A DNA stretch of 64,000 nucleotides, taken from NCBI GenBank assembly GCA_965214935.1, contig CBDCCS010000022.1, forward strand, positions 64,001 to 128,000, read 5' to 3'. The notes below the pieces were generated by a model. The model made no database searches, was not told the origin of the DNA, and was given only the letters and a program-made list of their open reading frames with translations. The stretch is from Candidatus Velthaea sp. (GTDB taxonomy: Bacteria; Vulcanimicrobiota; Vulcanimicrobiia; Vulcanimicrobiales; Vulcanimicrobiaceae). Positions 37,434-47,323 of this stretch are shown in pieces. How positions within the stretch are numbered: position 1 is the first letter of the stretch; each line of letters starts with the position of its first letter. A program made the translations under genes and the position numbers.

Positions 37434-39092
37434 ATGAAGGTCTTGGAATGCTGGCTTTGGGGCGTGGCGCTCTGCATTGCGAACAGCGCCGCGACACCAA
37501 GGTCGCCGCAGCAACATTCGAGTGAACTCACCGTCGTCACGGATAAGGGCCCGGTCTACGGACGACAAAACGGCGCGAGCCAAATCTTTTTAGGCATACC
37601 GTTCGCAGCCTCACCGGTCGGGGCATTACGCTTCGCACCACCGGCGCCGCGTCCAGCGTGGACGCGGCCGCTCGACGCAAGTCGGCCGGGAATAATCTGC
37701 CCGCAGTTCGGTCCGCCAAGTTATCCGTTCGGTCGCGCGCAGAGGGCGAGCGAAGACTGCCTGACGCTGAACGTAACCGTGCCGCTGCATGGAAAAGCCT
37801 TGCCGGTTGTCGTGTGGCTGCACGGCGGATACTTCACCCAGGGTAGCGGAGCGTTTTATCCGGCGACACAGCTAGCCCAGCGCGGTGCGATTATCGTCGT
37901 CACGATCAACTACCGGTTGGGTATCCTCGGCTTTTTGGCGCACCCGGCGCTCGATTCGACGAACTCCGCCCGTACGGGCAATTATGGTCTCGAGGATCAA
38001 ATCGCCGCATTACGTTGGGTGCGCACGAACATCAAATCGTTCGGAGGCAGCCCCGGCAACGTGACGATCGCCGGAGAATCCGCCGGTGCGCTTAGCGTTT
38101 GCGATTTAATTGCAAATGCAGCAAATCGTGGCCCGGCTGCACACCTATTCGCACGCGGAATTGCGCAGAGCGGGCCGTGCGAGTCGCCGGTTAAATCGAT
38201 TGCATCAGCCGAACTCACCGGAGTCTCACTCGCAGTAAAACTGGGTTGTGCGGGCAGCGGAAAACTCGTCGCGACCTGCTTGCGCGCATTGCCGCTTGCG
38301 ACCATCTTGAAAATGCAGGGAAAGCTCGGCACGAGCGGACTTGGGCCGAGTGTCGGCGGCCCCGACCTCCCGAAGCAGCCGCGAACGGCGATCGGTTCGA
38401 TACCGATGCTTCTCGGCGGCAACACGCTGGAATGGGGTTTATTCGTCGCGCTCGGTCTTCCGCCGGCACCCGCCACATCTCGGGCGTACGCCGCCACCCT
38501 GCATACGGTGTATGGTGTAGCAGCCGGAGATCGCGTTGCAGGCTCGACGCAATACAACTGGGCGCATTTCGGTGGAGACGGCTTGCTCGCGCTTTCATCC
38601 GCCATGACTGATTTTGCGCCTGCCGTCTCCGTGGCGATGTGTGACGACGTCGCTACGTGGCAAAAGCAGGCCGTCACAAAATCGCCGCTTTATGCGTATG
38701 AATTTAGCGCCGCCGATGCGCCCGTACCGCTTGCGTTTCGACCGTTCAATCGAATGCTTCGACCGGGACCGATCCATGCAGCGGAATTGCAGTATCTCTT
38801 TCCAAACCTGGCGTCGCCATTTTCCGCCATGCAAAATGCCGGCGGTCTTTCGTTGCCTTCGACTCAACGGCCGCTTTCAGATGCGATGATCCGCTATTGG
38901 ACAGCTTTCGTCACGCGCGGCAACCCGAACGCGCCAGGGTTGCCTCATTGGCCGAGTTATCGAATACCGACTGACGTATTGCAGTTAAGCGACGTGAAGC
39001 GCGGGATCCGAACCGGCGTCGATGTCGATGCGGAACATCACTGCTCGTTATTTTGGAAGCCGCTGGAAGCTATGACAGGTGTGCTCAGATGA
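37434..39092 (+). CDS. Type-B carboxylesterase/lipase (exported)
   Basis: FLGIPFA, SEDCLTLNV, HGGYF, NYRLG, GNYGLEDQ, GESAG, HAAEL, FVTRGNPN. Confidence 0.93.
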   Translation: MKVLECWLWGVALCIANSAATPRSPQQHSSELTVVTDKGPVYGRQNGASQIFLGIPFAASPVGALRFAPPAPRPAWTRPLDASRPGIICPQFGPPSYPFGRAQRASEDCLTLNVTVPLHGKALPVVVWLHGGYFTQGSGAFYPATQLAQRGAIIVVTINYRLGILGFLAHPALDSTNSARTGNYGLEDQIAALRWVRTNIKSFGGSPGNVTIAGESAGALSVCDLIANAANRGPAAHLFARGIAQSGPCESPVKSIASAELTGVSLAVKLGCAGSGKLVATCLRALPLATILKMQGKLGTSGLGPSVGGPDLPKQPRTAIGSIPMLLGGNTLEWGLFVALGLPPAPATSRAYAATLHTVYGVAAGDRVAGSTQYNWAHFGGDGLLALSSAMTDFAPAVSVAMCDDVATWQKQAVTKSPLYAYEFSAADAPVPLAFRPFNRMLRPGPIHAAELQYLFPNLASPFSAMQNAGGLSLPSTQRPLSDAMIRYWTAFVTRGNPNAPGLPHWPSYRIPTDVLQLSDVKRGIRTGVDVDAEHHCSLFWKPLEAMTGVLR

Positions 39093-39099
39093 AGTCCAC

Positions 39100-40200
39100 A
39101 TGCTGCGGCAACGATTACTAATTGGCGGAGCAGCCGCTGTGACGGCGACGGCAGTGGCTGCCTGCACGGCAGATGAGACGGTCTACACTTCAGCTGTTCG
39201 CCAAACATGGCAGAGCTTTGCACATTCCAGTGTAGACGAGCAGGCTCTCCAACGCGAACTTCTTCGTTATGCGACGCTTGCACCGTCGAGCCATAACACG
39301 CAGTGCTGGATTTTCACGCTCGAAGCAAACACAATCACCATCGGGCCGGATCGCACCCGCCGTTGTCCGGTCATCGACCCGGACAACCATCATCTTTTCG
39401 TGAGCCTCGGCTGCGCTACTGAGAATCTTGTACAGGCTGCGCTCGCTCACGGGTACGCCGGCAACGTCCGTTTCGACGCCGCTGCCGGCAGCGTGGTGCG
39501 TATCACGCTCGTTAAAGCGCGTGCGAACGAAACGCGACTTTACAACGCAATAACCATGCGCCAATGCGCGCGCACCTTGTATGACGGTAAGCCGATACCG
39601 CGGGCTGACCTGCGCGAACTTCAAGCGGCAGCTCATAACGAAAACGTTGCGGTTCTCGTACTGACCCAACCCTCACAGATCGCTCAGGTCTCCACGTATG
39701 CCCTCGCGGCTAACGCGCACCAGACGAACGATCCGGCATTTCGAGCGGAATTGTTGCATTGGATTCGCTTCAACCTGACCGACGCCGTTGCGACAAGAGA
39801 TGGTCTGTTGAGTAGCGCTTCGGGCAATCCGACAGCACCGCATTGGCTTGGAAGCCTGATGTACCGCTATTTGTATACCGCGAAAAGCGAGAATGAAAAA
39901 CTTGCCGGCTTGCTCGAAAGCTCATCGGGCGTTGCGGTATTTGCGGCCAACGTCAGTAACCCTGAGCACTGGGTTGAAGTCGGACGCTCGTATGAACGTT
40001 TTGCACTGCAAGCCGCTGCGCTGGGAATCAATACGGCAATGATCAACCAAGTGGTAGAAGTGGCTGACGTGCGGAAACAATTCGGCGAGGCAATCGGGCT
40101 CAAAAGACGCCGGCCCGATCTTGTTGTGCGATTCGGATCGGGGCCGACATTACCGCGTTCACTCCGCCGCCCCATAGTCGAGGTGATCCGAGCCGCATGA
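39100..40200 (+). CDS. Acg-family FMN-binding nitroreductase with export signal
   Basis: ATLAPSSHNTQ, DPDNHHLFVSLGCATEN, GRSYERFAL, RFG...RSLRRP. Confidence 0.85.
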   Translation: MLRQRLLIGGAAAVTATAVAACTADETVYTSAVRQTWQSFAHSSVDEQALQRELLRYATLAPSSHNTQCWIFTLEANTITIGPDRTRRCPVIDPDNHHLFVSLGCATENLVQAALAHGYAGNVRFDAAAGSVVRITLVKARANETRLYNAITMRQCARTLYDGKPIPRADLRELQAAAHNENVAVLVLTQPSQIAQVSTYALAANAHQTNDPAFRAELLHWIRFNLTDAVATRDGLLSSASGNPTAPHWLGSLMYRYLYTAKSENEKLAGLLESSSGVAVFAANVSNPEHWVEVGRSYERFALQAAALGINTAMINQVVEVADVRKQFGEAIGLKRRRPDLVVRFGSGPTLPRSLRRPIVEVIRAA

Positions 40201-40505
40201 ACCAGAGCCGGCCTATCGCTCGTACACGGCTCGATACCTTACAACTCGAGTTTGGCGCTTCGCGCAGCAAGGTATCAGCGCAGCGATCTTCGGACCACTC
40301 GCGCTATCGCGAAGCACCGAAGACGCGAGTCGGGCCGTGTCTCATCAAGCGCCGGATAGACCCGTAGATTGCTTACGAGACGCCGACGATAGCCGGCCTC
40401 TCATAAGCGCACGTTCACGTCGTGGTAAGCGATGCAACCCAAAGGAGCTTCCGCTAGCGGGAATCACTTGGCGTACGCTCGAAGCGCGTCGAGCAAAAAC
40501 TCGCG

Positions 40506-41118
40506 CTATGCCGCGCTCAGCGCGAGCGCCTTAAGTTCGAGACCAAAAAGCGCGTCGCTGTTGCGCCAGTAAATCTTCTCTCGGTCTTCCTGGGTCAGCG
40601 CAGTTGCGGCGACGATCTCGACTTGCTCACGCACTCGGTATGGACTGGGCCGAAAGCCGTACCGGATAGGACCCGGTCGATACCACACATCTCGATCGCA
40701 GCGCGAAGCCCAAGCGCACTGAATTCAAATGAGTCGACGAAGATGCTGGTATGAAAGTAATCGAACGGAGTTCGCACGTTAACTGCGACCTTTTCCACCT
40801 GCAGCTTGGGATGACGATCGAATACTCCGGCACCGATCATTCGCGCGACGCTACGTGACGAAATGGTACGGGCGCGCAAGTGCTTCGTTCAGACGGTTTT
40901 TGTCGCGGATTTGTGCGACATTCCCATGTTCGGCGGATAAATGTGGACCGGCACGCCTTTCGCTGCGGCATACTCCCATAGCCACTCGGCTTTCGGACTA
41001 TCGAGAAACTCACGCTCGGCGAGCACATTGTAACTCGAACTGACCGCAATTGCCTTGCCCTTATTCCTCGCGAGCATATCGTCGACAACGTCACGCTACT
41101 CGTTGCTTGCATGCTCAC
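40506..41118 (-). pseudogene. Frameshifted amidohydrolase_2 (ACMSD/LigW-like) pseudogene
   Basis: Family fragments in three frames: FLDSPKAEWLWEYAAAKGVPVHIYP / MIGAGVFDRHPKLQV...GIDRVLSGTAFGP / LTQEDREKIYWRNSDALFGL. Confidence 0.75.
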
Positions 41119-42653
41119 ATCATGGCAGCTAGCGCCGACTGTCGAGCCGGCTGCTGATCAACGCGGTGTTGCAACGCCATCCGCGCTGCGGATGCGCCGC
41201 CGAGTATCGCTCCGGTGTAACCACCGCCGGCGGTGTATGCCGAGGCGAGGTACAAACCCTCGACGGCCGTTTTCGGTTCTGGCATAAATCCGCCGATTTG
41301 CGGCTCGAAGCCATAGACTGCGCCGCCGGGCGTGTTCAAGTAATGCGCAAACGTCTGTGCGGTCGACATTTCGCACGAAACCACGGCACCGGCGATTCCG
41401 GGAAATTGGGCATCAAGGTCGGCAACGACGCGATCCATCCAACGCTGCTTCCGCAATCGCTTGACCTCATCGCTACCACTCAACCAATTATCAAGTCGAT
41501 CGACGCCGACCACTGATACCAAGTACGGAGCGGTTTCATTTAATCCGGAATCAATCTGATCGTATGCGACGACCAGATACGGCGCCATGCGGCTTCCAGG
41601 GTCTTCGCGCAATAACGTTCCGGCTTCGCGCAACCGGCTCAGCGTCGTCAACCAACTCGGAAAAATTGCCGTCGAATAGTGAGAAACGCCGAAGTGATGC
41701 GACCGACGGTTGAGGCCGACGCTTATCGCCCACAACGAAATCGATGGTTGCCGCTTTTTATAAAGTTTCGAAAACGCGAGACGTGCGTGCTCGGGTAACA
41801 TCGAACCAAGTATGTTCGGCGCGGCATTCCCGAAAATGACCGGCGCGCGATCGTCGCGCCCTTCGTCACCGGCCTGATGACGTACACCGCATACACGATC
41901 GCCTTCAAGCATGATCTCCGTCACCATGTGCCCGCTTTGGGCGATGCCGCCCGCTTCGCGCACGATTGCAACGAGGCGTTGACTGAGCACCGTGGAGCCG
42001 CCGCGAACGTAATGACCACCGCCGAAGATGTAAGAAGCTTGTGCGACGGCAAACGAGAGGAACGGCAGCGTCTCGGCATTATCGGTGTAGTACGAAAGAT
42101 TTGCTGCAAGGGCAAACTTAACTGTTTCGTCATCGCCGAATAGGTGCCTAAGAACCTCGCCCAGCGTCGCGTTTCGATCGTCGATCAACGACAAGGAATG
42201 CGCCGGCGAAGTAACCGCATTGGAAGCGACGGTATGCCGGACGGCAGCGAGGCGATCAAAGTAAGCGTCCAGGCCGTTTGCGTGAGCCGGAAAACGAGAC
42301 TTCGTTACCGCCAGCGCTTCGTTAAATCCGCGCGGCATGACGAACGGAACGCCGAGGAGCGGGCTTCTTACCTCGATTAAGTCACCGACATCGACGAACG
42401 CGACATCGTGATCTAAGCCCAGCAATCGTAGAATTGGTAATTTTGGATCCTCGCCGTCAAGCCCGTCGATCTCGTGCAGCGATGCTTCGATCCTCAGCGC
42501 GCCATGTTGATAGACGGTCGCAGCTCCACCGAATTCGCCATTTCGCTCAAGAACGAGCACGTTGTTACCGCCGCGCGCGTAAAGCGCTGCGGCAGTCAGT
42601 CCGCCAAGTCCGGATCCAATGACGATGGCATCATATTCGCTGGTCACTTTCAT
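41115..42653 (-). CDS. Phytoene desaturase-family FAD-dependent oxidoreductase
   Basis: IGSGLGGL, VLERN..FGG, HYVRGGS, TPGGAVYG, GLYLASA, GGGYTGA. Confidence 0.88.
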   Translation of the reverse strand: MKVTSEYDAIVIGSGLGGLTAAALYARGGNNVLVLERNGEFGGAATVYQHGALRIEASLHEIDGLDGEDPKLPILRLLGLDHDVAFVDVGDLIEVRSPLLGVPFVMPRGFNEALAVTKSRFPAHANGLDAYFDRLAAVRHTVASNAVTSPAHSLSLIDDRNATLGEVLRHLFGDDETVKFALAANLSYYTDNAETLPFLSFAVAQASYIFGGGHYVRGGSTVLSQRLVAIVREAGGIAQSGHMVTEIMLEGDRVCGVRHQAGDEGRDDRAPVIFGNAAPNILGSMLPEHARLAFSKLYKKRQPSISLWAISVGLNRRSHHFGVSHYSTAIFPSWLTTLSRLREAGTLLREDPGSRMAPYLVVAYDQIDSGLNETAPYLVSVVGVDRLDNWLSGSDEVKRLRKQRWMDRVVADLDAQFPGIAGAVVSCEMSTAQTFAHYLNTPGGAVYGFEPQIGGFMPEPKTAVEGLYLASAYTAGGGYTGAILGGASAARMALQHRVDQQPARQSALAAMM

Positions 42654-42813
42654 TGAATTACCACCGTCGGATCGCAAACACGCCGTCTGTAGGCAACTTT
42701 TCGTTCAAGGCGATCCGTCGGCTGCCTGACGAGCGCCAAAGATCTAAGCGAAGCCGTTGAACATACGACCTCAGCTCCATGCACGTGGCACGCTCCACGA
42801 CTCCGAAGGCGAC

Positions 42814-44424
42814 TCATCGATGGAGCGTCTCGAGAACGTCGAGCAACACGCGCGGGTCGTGCGCTCCCTTATACAATGGCGTTGGCGCAACGTCGAGCTG
42901 TAAAAGCTTATATACGGCCGCTTGAGCCGATCGGATCGAGTATTCGACCGTGAACACGACCTCATCGGGCTGCTCGCAATACTGACCGATGAACGCCAGA
43001 TTTGTCGATCCGGCGGGAACGATTTCGGGACGATCGCCGGCTTTCCGAACCAGAAACTCACTCGTAATGTAGGGCATCATGCACGGAATGACGTTTGAAG
43101 TAGCTAGGATCGCGTCGCGCTCGGCACCGAACTGCAAGTGCCCCAGCACCTCTTCGAGGAGTTCTTTGCCGGTGCACTGCGCCATCGGCTTACGCACGAA
43201 ATTACCGATCCGGTCGTGTTTGAGACCGTATCCCCACCAGATAGATTCGCCTGCGCGTTGTTCGGCAAAGAACGGCTGACGAAAGATCGACAGAGTGATA
43301 AGCCAGTTAGAGTCTTTAAACGTTATTAGGCCGCCTTGGCCGGCCTTGCTTCCGCTGAAATCACGCATCAAATCCAAAAAGAGCGGAGCACTGTCAGTGA
43401 CGGTAAACGATTCCCAAAGCGAACGTTCGATGTGCCCATCGAACACGGAGGGATTGCCGAACTGCGGCCGGCCCTCGGCAAGCGTATGCCATAAGCGCCA
43501 CGCTCCGCTGCGCCGGCTGCGATCGATGACCGGTGCGGTATGCATGCTTCCGAACGATTTGTCGGCGGTCATCGAGCCGTTGGTGACAAAGACAAAATCG
43601 TCGGCTTCGATCGAAAGAACAACCGGCGCGGTCGACGTGCGATCCGGACCAGTGCATGTCAGCGAAGTGACGGTTAGCGCTTGGGATGACACGCGATCGC
43701 CCCGCAATGCGGTGCTACCGCTGCGAAAGCCGAGATCGAGCACCGTCGTCCCGCACTGTAGCGTGACCCCCGCGTCGCGAAGCCAAGCGACCAACGGCAC
43801 CGCAATGGAGTCGTACTGATTGTATTTCGTACGATACACCCCGGCTTGGGTATCGATGGTCGAGAAGTGATGCATGAAGCGTAGCAGATAGCGCTTGAAT
43901 TCGATCGCGCTGTGCCACGGCTGAAACGCGAAGAGCGTACACCACTCGAACCAGAAATTTGTGTTAAAGAATTCGGGTGGAAAGCAGTCCGTAATGCGCT
44001 TTGAATTCAAAGCGTACTCAGGTGTCGCCGTGAGCAAGAGCAGATCAACCCGGTCGCGTTCAGAGAAACCCAGACTATGCGAATCCACGATCGTTCGCTC
44101 ACGATCGACGAGCCGCGCACGATTGTTCCACGGCGTTTGCGCCGCGGCGCGGTTCGTTTCAGCCGTAATCGACAGACGTTCGTCCGAGCGCGACGGGATC
44201 GAACTCAACAGGTCAAACGTACAGTTGTATTTGCTTTCGAACATGCGACTGCCGCTCATGAAATAGCCGTGCTCGGCATCACCGTGTGCATCGAGCGCTC
44301 CGCCATACTGCGTCGACTCTTCGAACAACGTGATATCTCGGCCGTCGACTGCAGCGTCGCGGATGAGGTAGGCTGCTCCGGCAAGTGCGGCAATGCCGCT
44401 GCCGACAAAATAGAATTTGCTCAT
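42814..44424 (-). CDS. ohyA: Oleate hydratase (MCRA family)
   Basis: GSGIAAL..A.YLIRD, TNFWFEW..LFAFQPWHSAIEFKRY, YNQYDS, TNGSM, CMMPYITS, FTVEYSIRSA. Confidence 0.92.
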   Translation of the reverse strand: MSKFYFVGSGIAALAGAAYLIRDAAVDGRDITLFEESTQYGGALDAHGDAEHGYFMSGSRMFESKYNCTFDLLSSIPSRSDERLSITAETNRAAAQTPWNNRARLVDRERTIVDSHSLGFSERDRVDLLLLTATPEYALNSKRITDCFPPEFFNTNFWFEWCTLFAFQPWHSAIEFKRYLLRFMHHFSTIDTQAGVYRTKYNQYDSIAVPLVAWLRDAGVTLQCGTTVLDLGFRSGSTALRGDRVSSQALTVTSLTCTGPDRTSTAPVVLSIEADDFVFVTNGSMTADKSFGSMHTAPVIDRSRRSGAWRLWHTLAEGRPQFGNPSVFDGHIERSLWESFTVTDSAPLFLDLMRDFSGSKAGQGGLITFKDSNWLITLSIFRQPFFAEQRAGESIWWGYGLKHDRIGNFVRKPMAQCTGKELLEEVLGHLQFGAERDAILATSNVIPCMMPYITSEFLVRKAGDRPEIVPAGSTNLAFIGQYCEQPDEVVFTVEYSIRSAQAAVYKLLQLDVAPTPLYKGAHDPRVLLDVLETLHR

Positions 44425-44614
44425 CTGGTCGTAACCCTCACTTTTGTACCGTAGGGCGAAAGATTGCGAAGCTCACCCTACGACAAGCCGGAGCATGGGA
44501 ACATTATGGAAATGAGCAAAGACAACGGACCAAAACGCTCTTGTCGGCTTTGCTCACATGCAAAGAAGCGGACTCACAGCCGTTCACTGTCGCGCCGTTC
44601 TCCTTGCCGTCGTG

Positions 44615-45154
44615 TTAGTTGCTCGACAATACCGCGGCGTGCATGTCGGGAAGCGGAAGACCGGCCTGTGCGAGAATGTCTTTCGCGTGGTTGGCTTCTT
44701 GACGCGAACCATGCGCGACAACGAGAAATTTGCCGGCCTTGACCGCGGTTTCATAATGCAGAATGCTGTTCTTGGGAACGCCGAGTCCGACGAGGCCCGC
44801 CCCGAATGCACCGATCGCGCCGACGAGCACGGCGCCTTCGAGCGCCGAAACGATCGCGGCGACAATCGGCCCGGCCGCAACCAACGGCCCGAAGCCGGGA
44901 ATGATGAAGAACGCCGCGCCGAAGAACAAGCCCCAAATCCCGCCCCAGAACGCGCCGTTCTTGCCCCAAGATCTCATGCGGTCGCCGGTGTTGTAGTAAC
45001 CCACGACATCTTCTTCGCTGTGATAATCCGCGCCGATGATCGATAGTTTACGCATGTCAAATCCCCCGCGCTCAAGAGCCTTGACGGCGGTCTCTGCTTC
45101 GCCGTGATCGGAATAGACGGCGACTGCGGTTCCGGTATCGGTTACAACTTGCAT
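44615..45154 (-). CDS. General stress membrane protein (YflT/17M-like, glycine zipper)
   Basis: GFDMRKLSIIG, WGKNGAFWGGIWG, IPGFGPLVAAGP, YETAVKAGKFLV. Confidence 0.8.
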   Translation of the reverse strand: MQVVTDTGTAVAVYSDHGEAETAVKALERGGFDMRKLSIIGADYHSEEDVVGYYNTGDRMRSWGKNGAFWGGIWGLFFGAAFFIIPGFGPLVAAGPIVAAIVSALEGAVLVGAIGAFGAGLVGLGVPKNSILHYETAVKAGKFLVVAHGSRQEANHAKDILAQAGLPLPDMHAAVLSSN

Positions 45155-45207
45155 GTGTTTGCTTTCTCGAACCAAGGTGTGCTCGGTCGCTTCGGCGATC
45201 GGCAGAA

Positions 45208-45735
45208 TTAGTAGACGGCGATCGACTCGGCGATCGGCAGAACGAGGACTTCAGAGCCCGCCGGCGCGAGCACATCGAGCCTTACAAAGCGACGGCGAAG
45301 GTAGGTGTAAAAAACCGCAATCACGACACCCCAAAGCGCGTGACCGCAGAACTCTGACGCTTGTTCGTTCAGCGGTAGCGCCCAGGTCGGCGGGGTGAGA
45401 CCGATAAGCGGCATCACGATCTCGTGACCGCCGATCCAAATCGCAACCCCGAATGTGACGCCCGCGCCGATCTCGACGAACGGAAAAGATTCAACGAGGG
45501 CGCCGAACGCAACACCGGCGAGAATGCTGAATGCGAACTGAATGACGAGCGATTCCCACAACGCGGTAGGCATATGAGTAAACATCGTGACGAGCAGCGA
45601 CGGCTCGGCAATGCGATCGGCGGTTCGCGGAGACCACGTAACGTCCCAACCGAGTTTAAACCAGCCGCCCATGAGACCGGCGATCGCACCCGCCGCTATC
45701 GCAGCGCTCAAACGTTTCCGCGGTGAGGAACTCAA
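45208..45735 (-). CDS. DUF1440/YagU family membrane protein
   Basis: FKLGW, QFAFS, HEIVMPLIGLTPP.W.LP..EQASE..GH.LW. Confidence 0.8.
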   Translation of the reverse strand: MSSSPRKRLSAAIAAGAIAGLMGGWFKLGWDVTWSPRTADRIAEPSLLVTMFTHMPTALWESLVIQFAFSILAGVAFGALVESFPFVEIGAGVTFGVAIWIGGHEIVMPLIGLTPPTWALPLNEQASEFCGHALWGVVIAVFYTYLRRRFVRLDVLAPAGSEVLVLPIAESIAVY

Positions 45736-45915
45736 CGTGTCTTACTTTCACCAGTCGCGTGTGGCGATTAAATCCGTCAATCGACGCTAACATTCGCACG
45801 ACCGATACGCTATCGTTGAAAACCCCGATAGAACACTCGATCGGCGGAACCGCAATTGTAGTCCATTCACGCCATTGCGCTTATAGCCAATTGCGCGGCC
45901 TGTGTACGGCTCGCG

Positions 45916-46452
45916 CTACCTCCGAGCCGGCGTTCGGATCAACGTCGTGAACTGCGGGCTGGACGTCCGTGTGCGCTTCTGGGCTATGTGCTGCCCGCGG
46001 CCGACAAGGGAGGCGACGAATCGGACCCAGGGGCTTGGTATCCCGCAACTTGCACAACCTAAGAGCGGGCGTACGTCGGACAAAAGCTCGTAGCTCAGAT
46101 TAAGAATTGTCTGAAACGGCCGCATGCCGAGAACCCGAATATGGAAAACCCATGCGAACCAGCGGCAATTCGGCAAATTGCGGAGCACCTCGGCAACTGC
46201 ATCACCGCCGAGCTTCATCGAACCATCGGGCATGAGCAAATGGATCGTCTCGTACGCATCCCAGATGTCGAGCCGTGGGTTCAACGCGCGAAGCGCTTGC
46301 GGATCGTCGCCGATCGAGCGTTCGATAAGTTTCGAACCGCCCGGTGTGCGCCGCGACATCGTATCGACCCACTGCGCAATCGTCCGGCAAACGGCGCATT
46401 CGCCATTGGTTAAGAGTATTGGTTTGGCCGTTGCCGGCACGTCCGATGTCAC
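45916..46452 (-). CDS. DCC1-like thiol-disulfide oxidoreductase (DUF393)
   Basis: NGECAVC, IHLLMPDG...GGDAV..VL..LP, and a second CxxC near the C-terminus. Confidence 0.7.
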   Translation of the reverse strand: MTSDVPATAKPILLTNGECAVCRTIAQWVDTMSRRTPGGSKLIERSIGDDPQALRALNPRLDIWDAYETIHLLMPDGSMKLGGDAVAEVLRNLPNCRWFAWVFHIRVLGMRPFQTILNLSYELLSDVRPLLGCASCGIPSPWVRFVASLVGRGQHIAQKRTRTSSPQFTTLIRTPARR

Positions 46453-46805
46453 GCCGTAAACGGCTTTCTCAGAGCCGCCACGATGCTCGCTACAACCGGA
46501 CGAGGTCCTTCGGTTCGTCCAACTTCGCGACCGCTTAGAAACATGACGAATGTCGGTGTCCCACGTATTTGATAGGCGCTCGCGAGATCTTGGTCGGCAG
46601 CGACGTTGACTCGAAAGATTGGCTCATCGTCGGCAAGGATCTTAGCGGCTCGCTCGAGTGCAGGCTCAATCGCTCGACAGTGAGCGCAGCCGTACGACAT
46701 AAACTCAACGGCGATCGGGCCAGAGCCCGCAAGTACCAGCGCTTGGAACGTTTGCGCCGTCACCCCTTGAATTGCTTTTGCATCCTGCTGCTCAGCCTCA
46801 ATCAC
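46449..46805 (-). CDS. Thioredoxin family protein
   Basis: VEFMSYGCAHC, YQIRGTPTFVMF, GREVGR. Start approximate (GTG 46805). Confidence 0.8.
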   Translation of the reverse strand: MIEAEQQDAKAIQGVTAQTFQALVLAGSGPIAVEFMSYGCAHCRAIEPALERAAKILADDEPIFRVNVAADQDLASAYQIRGTPTFVMFLSGREVGRTEGPRPVVASIVAALRKPFTA

Positions 46806-47030
46806 GACTCGGCACGAGCAACGGCAACTTTCGGCGGGCTCGAGTCTGACGGCGCGCGGTTTGACCGAACGGCGCGTGCGCACCGGTGACAGCCCGCGAG
46901 CTTCGTGCGAACACCCGATTTGTGGTTAGCAAATGACGACATGCTTCACTGTAGCGCGAATCGCAACGGCGAAGAATCGTGGATTTCCTCGCTACGAGCG
47001 CTTTGACGATCGTAACGCCCGGCAAAAGGA

Positions 47031-47054
47031 AAACCCTTACCGACGTAAGGGTTT
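47031..47054 (-). terminator. Hairpin/terminator downstream of tRNA-Asn
   Basis: Perfect inverted repeat AAACCCTTAC-CGAC-GTAAGGGTTT, followed on the minus strand by TCCTTTT. Confidence 0.7.
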
Positions 47055-47058
47055 GAAG

Positions 47059-47134
47059 TGGCTCCCGAATCTGGACTCGAACCAGAGACCCGCTGATTAA
47101 CAGTCAGCTGCTCTACCAACTGAGCTATTCGGGA
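47059..47134 (-). tRNA. tRNA-Asn(GTT)
   Basis: Reverse complement TCCCGAATAGCTCAGTTGGTAGAGCAGCTGACTGTTAATCAGCGGGTCTCTGGTTCGAGTCCAGATTCGGGAGCCA: 76 nt, cloverleaf, GTT anticodon, encoded CCA. Confidence 0.97.
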
Positions 47135-47323
47135 TCGGCTGCGTGCAAAAACGCCGTTGCGCAGTGGTGGTTTATTCGCGCCGTCCCAAACCGGCCCTTT
47201 GCATCGGCACAGCCCCAGGGACGGTACGGCTGCTTCGCGTAACCGGACGAAACCATGTTGTCGTTCGCCGGGCCGTAGCCCGCGCAACCTAGCTGCAACC
47301 GCTTTTATATTCGATGGGGCAAC

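Noticed and set aside
41115..42653. crtI / carotenoid biosynthesis cluster
   Set aside because: No crtB, crtE or other carotenoid genes nearby; only family-level similarity.
46946..47287. 113-aa ORF spanning the tRNA
   Set aside because: It overlaps tRNA-Asn entirely; spurious.
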